Below, piece by piece: positions 26,695 to 36,863 of a stretch of 64,000 bases of DNA. The stretch is from Lama guanicoe (lineage: Eukaryota). Numbering within the stretch: the first letter of the stretch is position 1; every line of letters begins with the position of its first letter. The notes beneath the pieces were generated by a model. It ran no database searches. It had not been told where the DNA came from and was given only the letters and a program-made list of their open reading frames with translations. The position numbers were made by a program, and so were the translations under genes. The stretch lies in NCBI GenBank assembly GCA_013239625.1, contig MU053810.1:3628071-3692070 (forward strand). Reading direction: 5' to 3'.

Positions 26695-28788
26695 TTTTTT
26701 TTCTTTCTCTCATTTTATTACAATGAAGTTTAACAGTACAGAAAAGTCACATGACCTTGGTGGGTCAGATTTCTTAAGCCCTGCAACATGAGGAACTCTA
26801 AATACATTAAATATTGTTACACATTCAGACTTCCAATGTACAGGTACTTGGAGATAGTTACAGCCTTTACCAAGCTAGATTGGGGACATGAAGTCCAACA
26901 GCACATGAAATGCTGTGAAGGCATAACTTTACAAATAGCAATGTAAGCTTACAGAACTTGCCTTTATTAAGGTGGTATGTTCATATAATCCCAGCGCTTC
27001 ACAATATAACAAACCAAATTTACTATACTTCACTTCTAAAAACCTAGATGAAACATGAAAAAGAAGCCATATGGTATAAATTGCAACTTCAGGAAAAGTT
27101 CTTGCTTTATTATTTCAAATAATTTTTCCCCTGTGAAATAAATGTCCAATAGTTCCTGGTATGTGGGAAGATAATATGTGTTAAAGTCAAAGTGAAGCCT
27201 TACTGACGAAGCTTGGCTATCTAAACAGCACAATTTGAGAAAAGGTTTAATCTCCAAACCTGCTAGACTGGATGAAATAAGATCAGTAACGGCCACCTTG
27301 TGACATTACAGGAGGTCTCATTCCCATCGGAGGTCGAGGAGGCCCACCTTGGTGAGGGAGCACCATTGGCGGTCCCTGCCCATACCGAGGCATTGCACCA
27401 GGAAGGTAACCTGGCATGCCTTGATGATGACCACCATACTGACCATGAGGCGGCATTGGGGGTCTCATTCCTTGCTGCTGTGGGGTGCCTGGCTGTGGTG
27501 GCATCATACCTCTAGTTGGTCCAACAAGTGGATTACCAGTGGGAGCCTGTCCTAGTCGAGGAAGATTACGTTGATATTTAGGTAACTGCTCTTCTCTCTC
27601 CCAGCAATATATCCTCATCTGGATGGATCAGCTTACTGGTTGCACTGGTTGTCGTAAGTGTAGCAGGCTTACTTGTTACTGAAGCTGGTGGTTTAGCTGC
27701 AGTGCTATTGGTTGTACTAGTGGTCAAAGCTGTAGACTGTGTACATGCAGGGAATGTAGGCTTTGGGGGTTCTGTAGTTGTTGCAGGGGTACTATTTAAG
27801 GGCTTGAAATCTGTACCGACAGGTCCTCGGACAGCTGCCTGAGCCTCTCCCGCACTGGGGAAAAGAGGCTTAGTAACTGGAGGCTGTGGAGCAGGAACTG
27901 TTGCTGTTGGCGCAGGTGGTCTGTTAAGAATCCCTGGTGCTGAACTTGAGTTCAGTGGAGCCTGAGCTCGAGTCAATGGAGAAATCCCAGGACGTGGAAT
28001 AGTAGGTGGCATATCCGGCATCAGAGGTGGTGTCCCTGGTCCAGATGGCATCATACCACCCATTGGCATCATTATGTTTTCACCCCAAAATGACTGGGTG
28101 TATTTTCTCTGATGATGCAATCCAGGTGGCATGCCTGGCATAACTGGTGGCATGCCTGGCATCAGAGGAGGAACACCTGGCATTAATGGAGGTATGCCTG
28201 GGGGCATTCCTGATGCTCCCGGAACTGGTGGTGGTCCTGGTTGTGCCACTGTGGGGATATAACCTTGCGGAGGTTGAACTGGCTGTGGTTGAAATGAAGT
28301 TGAAGCTGCAGAGTCATCATCATCATATTCATCAGAATCATCTTGTTGGTTCATTTTTTGGCTCTCTGCTTGTGTATTTTGCTCAAGAAGTCTTCTTCTT
28401 TCATCCATGTCTTTTCCTGGAATACCTTCCATATCATATATTTCCAGTTCTATGTCTGTTCTCCCAGGTATTGCATTTGGCACAGCATCTATTGTCTCTT
28501 TATGCACCTGCATGCAATGAATAGCTAAGCCAGGTCCTATATACACTTTCTTATGACATAAATAGCATTTAAGATGCTTTACTTTTTGGTGCTGTATAAG
28601 GATCTTCTCATCATCAAAATCTCTATTACAATACCAGCACCCCGGCTTCAGCTGCTGCTGCTTCTTGCGTCCCATAACTGCCCTCTACTGGAAAAAAAAA
28701 AAAAAGGAGGATAAAACAAGCAGAAAAAATGAGTCAAAATTCACTCACTCCTCCAACCCAACTGCCACCACCGCGTCCCACAGGGAAC
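26695..28788 (-). pseudogene. ZNF207: ZNF207 (BuGZ) processed retrocopy: 5'UTR 28788-28676, CDS 28675-27283 with one frameshift near 27586, 3'UTR, poly(A)
   Basis: Intronless ORFs match ZNF207 ([18 protein letters not shown]...LIHPDED, then [11 protein letters not shown]...MSQGGRY*). AATAAA on minus at 26714-26719, poly(A) remnant at 26693-26702. TSD CTGAAATGCCTAAGCTT at 26678-26694 and 28789-28805. Confidence 0.97.
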
Positions 28789-29384
28789 CTGAAATGCCTA
28801 AGCTTCTAAGGAGCTAGCTTCTTCCTCCACTGGTTGGAGCAAGAGAACACTGGCATCGGTGGTCTCAGAGGAGGGGAATGGGCTGGCTGTGCATCCTGTC
28901 AACGCAGACTGTCCCTTTGGGAGGGGGCCAGAAACTCCAGATCCATCCATTTTGTCAAGCCAGACAGGACATTCTGGGTATGGGCTGCCCAGACACGTTC
29001 CCTGTTATTCTTTCCTTTTTGCTTTAATTTCTCACTTATAAATTATCTTACCTTTAAATAGCTAATGTAATCACATTACACAAAAGGGATCCAGTGTTAT
29101 CCCATAAAGAATAAGTCTCCTTCCAGCCCCTGTGCTCGAACCATCCAGTTCTTCCCCCTCGATTTGACAACTATTATCACCTGCTTGTGTGTCTTCTAGT
29201 TTTTCTCCTCAAATTGTAGCATAATATTCATGCTATTATGCACCCTGCCTTTTAACTTAGTATCTTTTTGAGATTATTTCAAATCAATACATATACATCA
29301 TTCTTTTTTTAACAACTGCATATTATCCTATTACTAAATGAATTTTATTTCTTTGCAATTGAAAATCATGCTAGAATGGATATT

Positions 29385-30285
29385 CTTTCAGTTTTACTGA
29401 GGTATAACTGACAAATAAAACTGTAATATATTAAAAGTGTACATTGTGATGATTTGATAAATGTACACATTATGAAAGGATTCCCACCAAGCTGATGAAC
29501 ACATTCATCACTGCTCATATTTACCATTTCTTTTTTTCTTGGTGAGAATGCTTAAATTCTACTCTCTTAGCAAATTTCAATTACACAATACAGTGTTACC
29601 AACTATAGTTGCCATGTTACACATTAGATCTTCAGACTTATTCATCTTACAGCTGAAAGTCTGTACCTGTTTACCAACCTCTCCCTATTTCCCCCACCCT
29701 CCCAGTCCCTGGCAACCACTTTTCTACTCTCTTTATATGACTTTATCTTTTAAAAAATTATTCCACATATTAGTGATACCATGCAGTATTTGTCTTTCTC
29801 TGTGTAGCCTATTTCATTTCACTTAGTTTCATGCCCTCCAGGTTCATTCATTCATGCCTCCAGGTGGCAAATGGAGTTATCCTTCTTTTTTTTTCTTATC
29901 CTGAATAATATTCCATTGTACAGATACCACACTTTATCCATTTATGTGTCGATGGACCCTGAGGTTGTGTCCGTATGCTGGCTACTGTGAATAATGCTAC
30001 AGTGATCACGGGAGTGCAGATAGCTCTAAAGGTAATGATTTCATTTCCTTGGAATACTCCTGAAATATCCAGGAGTGGGACTGCTGGATTATATGTTAGT
30101 TCTATTTTAAACTTTTTGAGGAACTTCCATACTGTTTGAGGAACTTCCATACTGTGGCTGTACCAGTTTACATTCCCACCAACAGTGTACAAGGGTTCCC
30201 ATTTCCCCACATCTTCACCAGCATTTGTTATCTCTTATTTTATTGATAACAGACATCCCAACAGGTGTGAGGTGATATCTCATGT
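29385..30285 (-). mobile_element. L1 3' end (ORF2 C-terminus + 3'UTR), older
   Basis: ORF 29896..30210(-) EPLYTVGGNVNW...MEYYSG. Contains a 20-bp tandem duplication at 30115-30154. Confidence 0.85.
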
Positions 30286-32063
30286 CCAAAGGTTGCTCTG
30301 ACAGCAGTTCTCACTCTTTATCCACAAGCATTGGTTACACATTCCATGAGGGCTGGCCAGTGTCAGAAGCCATTCTGGGGCACCCTTCAAAGGATGAGAT
30401 GTTATCTCAAAAGGATAAGTTGTCTCAGGCTTTTGCTAAGTGGGGTGCACCCTATCTTTCCTCTTAAGCCTCCAACCTCTAGCAAACAAGCAGGTACCTC
30501 AACCATGCAAATTACAGAAACTGAGTCCAAAGAATGTAAAAATCAGACTAAGCGCTAAATGAGTAAGCAGTAAACATGCTACATATGGACCCTGTCTACT
30601 GAGTTAAGCTGATTTTAAAGGCCTGAAGTCAAGTACACAATGAGCAATGTTTACTTTGAAACTCTATCTTTCAGGCTTTTCAATGATCTTTTTAATAGTG
30701 AGGCTGCCTTTCATGTGAGGGGGTCTTATGTTTCACAGTGGGTGCTTAGCAGTATTACCCTTTTGAAAAGCCAGCAGGGCTCCCCACTGTTTCATGACCA
30801 TTTGCAGAACAGCGTCAATCTCTGGGGCCCCTTATTTTTTTTTTTTCTCCCCGGTACAACAAGACAAATGCACTGAAATTGTGCCAAGATTTGGCTTCCA
30901 CCCTAGCATGAGATAAAGAGGATTTACAGGCAAATAACTCCCTTGAACAGCAGCCAAAAAAGCAGATAACTTTTAAATAACACAATGTGGTGGAAGAAAC
31001 TGCCTTGTGGCAGTCGACTGTGGAGAAAAATAGCAACTATTTACAGTACATGTTGGCAAACTATCTGTGTTTACGTTCTAGAAAAGGTGAAAGGTCACCA
31101 CGCTATTTCTGGCTTTCCTCACATCGCTAACACTTGAAGTGAATATTACAAACAGAAGTCTTACATTTTTATTATTTATCTTCAGCCAAGTTCAATTGAT
31201 TTACAACAATCAACCATCTGACTAATTCAATCTGAATGGAAATGAATTCAAAGAATACATTATAAGGAACCTATTATGATAAATTACCTAATATTATACA
31301 GATGCACCCCCTCATTTTAAGCAAATTTAGATTTATAAAGTGGATAAATAATAGATAATTGCTTTCTTTTACTGAAGGGCTCTTTTCTTTTTCTGTATGA
31401 AGTGATTCATCCTCAGATTCCTCTAAATAGTGAACTCTCAGTGTTCTTAAAGTATAATTAGATTTCAAAAATTCTTTTCAAAAACGTATTTTCTGGACCA
31501 CAGCTGTTGAATCAAATGAAGTTTGTTGTGCTGAGACTCTCCAGCTGTTCACATGGGAGAGTTGGTGTTAGGAGGTTTAATTAGTTTTCAAAAACCACAG
31601 TACTTGGGTGGAGCATGATGGTGAGATTACCTGAGGACACTGACTTTTAAACATATATAATACGAGGCAACGAAACATCTTGTAGCCATAGAAACAGCCA
31701 CACAAACTGCAACAGGGTCCAGAAGAGAAAGACGCTGAGTCTGAAGGTTAGTAATAATCCAGGCGCAAAAGAATTGTTGCCTGTGGTAAGGCAAGAAGAT
31801 CCATTGAGATTTCTCCCCTCCCCTAGCCCTAGTTTCTGTTCACTCACAATGTTCCGATAGTTAATTTGCTGCTCAAATACCTTAACACCAGGAAAGAAAG
31901 TACACTGATTCAGCGGAGCTGGGATTAGCACTCATTATACGTTGTTTAACAGACATGTTTGATGATCTCTCCATGTATGGATGATATCAAGTTACTGGAC
32001 TCGAACCATGGGGACTGAGTCCTGTAGATCCAACAAGGGGCTGGTCAGCAAAAGACTTTAGAT

Positions 32064-34230
32064 CAGTGGTTCTCAAACTTCTCCACCACATGGCACATTC
32101 AGAAAATGATAATATGTGCAAGTCACACTGAGATGAACTGGGAGGGACTTAAAAAGTCAACTTAGGGCTCGGTGAAAAAAAAATTATTAACTTTTCTTTA
32201 TATTGTACATTTATGATAAGGAAAATAATAATTAGTAGAAATATATTAAATACTATTCATAAAACATTTACAAATAAATTAGCCTCACATGTTTAAATGA
32301 AAAGTTGAACTAGCCATAGTGCTTCACAATGGGCACTTCCATTTTGCCAGCGTTTAATATAGTAACCTATTCTTAATAAGAGTCACTCACAGTTTATAAA
32401 TGTCCTGGTATGCATTCTTTATAGTGAACTATTACTACATTACATCTTATTTATTTTATCAAATCAGCATATTTTCTGTATTTAATTATAAAATGTTAAC
32501 TTAGTTTTTGAAACTTTTTGGAAATACGTTTTTTCCACTTGGCCCTATGGTTTGTTTCCTACTTAGCTGAATATGTACTGCAGCTTGTCCTAAGGCTGTC
32601 CACATACTTAATTTACTTATATATTCATTTTAAGTAAAGCTCTCACCGTGTATAGGAATTTGTATTTTGGAGGTGCTTGATCTATCTACAAAGAAAAATT
32701 AGGAATTACTTTATTATCAAATGCTCCTAGAAGTCTTAATTGTGTTTATTTTTAAAAAAAAAAAACCTGTAATGTTAGACTTGTGTGCATGGAAGTAATT
32801 AAGGTACATTATTATTGTAGTTTGAAGTTGTAAATGATAAGGCATATTTTATTTGTACTGTAGGTTTTTACTGAATGATCTATTCCCCATCCCAAGGCAA
32901 GAATGAATAAAATTAGGTTAAATGTGAAAAAAAGAAAGAAAAGTTTAATTTGTTCCTGTAAATATTTCACACACACGCACACACACCCCTACACCTGATT
33001 TGCGGGTTGAAACTGCTGGATGTAATTACTGACAGAATCTTTCATACTCTTCACAATTACCTTGATCAGCAACCACGTTTTCACAAGTAGAGGTGGCCAA
33101 TAACAGACTGTCACTTTTCCTTTAATGAATGAAAACTACTTTCTTACCCTTTATCAGATAATTTGATCTTTAATTTTGCAAATTTTTACTTCATAGGTTT
33201 ATAAATTTTAGGCATAAAAACTCTCTTAACTTTGCCAGTGCAGCACTGAAATATTTTGTGATAATGAATAGATAACTGAATTTTTTTAAATGTTTTCAAA
33301 TTAAGTACTTCCAGTTTTTAACCAAGTTTTTATTCCAGCATAAACATATTGCTCTGCTGGTCTTACTAATTTTTAGGTATTCTGATTTTAACACCTGCTA
33401 AACATCAGTGGTGATTTTTTTCTTTGAATTTATTAATGTTGGCAGTACACATTATTATAGTTACTGTGGGCCTCCCAATTTTGGACCACGTTCATTAAGA
33501 TGCTCAAAATATTAGTTAACACATTTTTTTCTTAAGCCAACAAGCCAAACTTCAAATTTGCAAAGAATTATTTATACCCACTCTTGCAGTCAAAATTTCA
33601 ATTCTGTTAACCTCAGGAACTCTTGAGAAAATTTTTGCTGGTCATCCTCTTTGGTACCAATTGGCAGAGTGTTTTTTGGATCTTAATTTTTGCATAAAGC
33701 TGTAAACAGGGATGACTACTGTGGCTTGGATTCACCATGTTAAGACTATCATTTACTGTGCAATATAGATCTGTGGAGAACTGTTTACACCAACATTTTT
33801 CTGTAATAAAAACACTGAGTTTTTCACTGATAGGATTTTGGGAACAAACTACTGATGTAAACCCTTTCACCTGCAATTAAAGCATCAAAAGACACATTTA
33901 AGCATTGTTCCTAATATATCTTATTTGTCTCCACGTATTCATTTAGCACTTTAGATATTTTATCCTAAGGTCTTTGTTTTGGTACCTCTTTGCTGAAAAG
34001 ACAATTTTTTTTTGAAACATTTATCTTTAGGTTGTGTGACCAGATCTATTCACTGGACATGCTTCATAATATCTGTGAATTCATCAATCATTTTTTGATT
34101 TAACTATCTTCTAAATTAGTGTTATCTTGAAGGCACTGCACATGCCATAAATGCATCTACTTATGGTGCTATTCAAAAATGATATCTTTTCCTTGCCGGT
34201 CCCAAACATAGACAATTTCCACAGAAGCTG
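32064..34230 (-). mobile_element. hAT-Charlie DNA transposon remnant with decayed transposase sequence
   Basis: TIR-like CAGTGGTTCTCAAACT at 32064, preceded by CTTTAGAT (NTCTAGAN-like target). ORF 33613..33876(-) VKGFTSVVCSQNP...MVN...RMTSKNFL resembles a frameshifted Charlie transposase core (KGF...HC.IHRE...VN.I...RWLSRG). Far end approximate. Confidence 0.65.
32585..32942 (+). pseudogene. Probable 5'-truncated mRNA retrocopy (3'UTR only); parent not identified
   Basis: AT-rich 3'UTR-like sequence ending in AATAAA (32906-32911), 15 nt, then an A-rich tail (32927-32942). Interrupts the Charlie element. No clear TSD. Confidence 0.5.
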
Positions 34231-34639
34231 TTAAACTGAAACTGTGTGAGTATGTGTATGTGTATGAGTGTGTGTGTGTGTGTGTGTGCATGTGTGTCTT
34301 GGCTTTAGCTATGAAACTGAGCTTAATTTCATACAGGTGTAACTAATTTCATAAGAGAACTTCAATTTTTATTTTGAACTTGCAGTTGGTCTAAGAAGTA
34401 CAAATCTTTTTCTCTTTAAGGCATACATTGTGTGAGTGGAGCTGGCCTGATTTGTTAGCTACTTCTGCTTCACTTCATAACCATTCCATGACCAAAAAAA
34501 AAAAAAAAAAAAACGTTGAGGAGGAAAAGGACAAATGGAGACTATAAATGCTAATTTGAGATAATCCTCATTATTCTGCACAAAAGTGACTTAAGCCTCC
34601 TGACTCCTTGGCTTGTTTGGCCATTTCTGCAGTATTTTT

Positions 34640-35250
34640 CCCCCAGCTGTATTGACATATAATTTACATATAACATTGTATAAGTTTAAGGTGTACACTG
34701 TGATGATTTGATATATATGTACTGAAAAATGATTACCACAATAAGGTTGGTATCTGGTATACCCTTCACCCCACATAACCAGCATCTGTCATTGTGATCA
34801 TTGTTCTGGTGAGAAGACTAAAGCTCAACTCTTGTAATAACTTGTAAGTGTACAATACAGCAGTGTTAACTATAATCACCATACTGTACATTACATCCCT
34901 GGAACTTACTCATCTTATAACTAAAAATGTATACCTTCTGACCAACATCTTCCCATTTTCCCTGACCCTTCAGCCCCTGGCAACCATCATTCTACTCTGT
35001 TTCTATGAGTTTGATGCTTTTAGGTTCCACATATAAGTGAGATCATACCATATTTGTCTTTCTCTGTCTGACTTATTTTACTCAATATCATGCCCTCAGG
35101 CCCATCATCACTGTCATAAATGGCAAGAGTCCCTTCTTTTTTATGGCTGAATAATCTTCCATTTGTATATAGATACACATTTTCTTTATCCAGTCATCTG
35201 TCAATGGACACTTAAGTTGTTTTCATGTCATGCTATTGTGAATTATGCTC
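34640..35250 (-). mobile_element. L1 3' end
   Basis: CCCCTGGCAACCATCATTCTACTCTG...TTCCACATATAAGTGAGATCATAC...TTTATCCAGTCATCTGTCAATGGACAC. Confidence 0.85.
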
Positions 35251-35914
35251 TGCAGTATTGTTTTGAAAGCCATCTCCAAAAGTTCAGCCCAGAACCTGTT
35301 TCTCCAGTGTTTGCAGCAATGTTATAAATCTCTAATTCCCTGCTAACCAGAACAGATTTTGTTGTCTGCAGTGGAACTTCAAGTGACACAGTAATTGAAA
35401 CCAGAAATGGTTACTGATCTCACAGGCTCAAAGATGTAAAGATTGGACTGGTTGTTTGATCTGACTGAATTTGAAAACAGTGAAGATTTCCTTACTTTGA
35501 GAGGATGTCTTATGAGGAGTCACCTGTGGTGTCCTGGAAAGAATTACCTACTGGAGACAGTTTTGACAGACCGATTGCCATAGTACAGTATGGTGGACTT
35601 CAAGGGATGTAGAGGGGTGAATTACTTCTAATTATATTTAGTAGTTCTGAGACAGAAAAGGAGGATTTTAAGTCCCCAGTAGAAGCCACAGCTAGAGAAC
35701 CAGAGGTTGCCTATGACTGCCACACAGTGATCTCTCTTATAACCGCAGCCTGGATCTGTAGATTTCTGATTTATAATGTGTGTTGAATTCAGAGCTTCAC
35801 CAGGATTCTGAGAGACCTAGAAGGAATGACCAACCTAGTAGCAATGAGCAACCTTAATGTTTAGATTATGGTCTCTAAATTTCATTTTCCATTATAATGA
35901 ACCAGAGCAGGAAA

Positions 35915-36800
35915 AAAAAAATTCAAATTATATATGTGACAAATGACCTGTATCCAGAATATATAGCAAATTCTTACAACTCAATAATAAGACAAACAGC
36001 CCAGTTAAAAGTAGAAAAAAAATACTTGAATAGATATTTCACAAAAGAAGGTAGAGAAATGGTTAACAAGTACAGAGAATCAGCTCATCACCGTAAGTCA
36101 CGGAGGAAATGCAAATTAAAACCAGAAGGAGATACCACTATGCACCCAATAGAGTGACTAAAACTAGAAGGCCTGACAATATCAAGTGTTGTAGGACATA
36201 CAGAGGGATTGAATCTCTGACTCACTGCTGACAGGAATGCAAAAATAGTATAATTCCTTTGGAAAACAGTTTGGCAAGTTCTCCTAACATCAAACATACA
36301 CATGGCATAAGACCCAGAAATCACACTCTTGGGTATTTTCCCAAGGAAGGAGAAACATATGTTCACACAAAAACCTGTGTATAACTGTTCAGAGCAGATT
36401 TATTTATAACAGTCCAAAGCTGGAAAGAACCCAAATGTCCATCAACCAGCAAATGGATGTTGTACATCCGTGCAGTGCAATCCTACTCAGCAATAGAGAG
36501 AAACAAACTATTGATACATGCAACGCCATGAACAAGTCTCAAAAGCTTTATGCTAAGCTGAAGAAGCCAGACAGAAAAGGTTGTGTATTGTGTGGTTCCA
36601 CAGATAAGATATTCACAAAAATGCAAAATTAAAAGGAGAGAAAATAGGTCAGTTGTGCCCAGGGAAGTGGGATGGAAGGAGAGATCCAACTTCAAAGGGG
36701 CATGAGGGGAATTTGGGATGATGGAAATGTTCTATATCTTAATTGTGGTAGTGGTCACACAGCTGTCAACATTTGTCAAAACTCATCCAACTGTATAAAT
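35915..36800 (+). mobile_element. Old L1 (L1M-type) ORF2 end and 3'UTR
   Basis: GAAATGCAAATTAAAACC...TTGGAAAACAGTTTGGCA...AACCCAAATGTCCATCAAC...TTTGTCAAAACTCATC. Confidence 0.8.
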
Positions 36801-36863
36801 AAGACCTCAAAACTAGACATGTGCACAACTGTATAAATAAGACCTCAAAACTAGACATGTGCA
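36788..36863. repeat. Perfect 38-bp tandem duplication
   Basis: CAACTGTATAAATAAGACCTCAAAACTAGACATGTGCA x2. Confidence 0.97.

Noticed and set aside
27300..28528. Plus-strand ORFs (27300, 27349, 28147, 28343)
   Set aside because: Antisense shadows of the ZNF207 retrocopy coding sequence.
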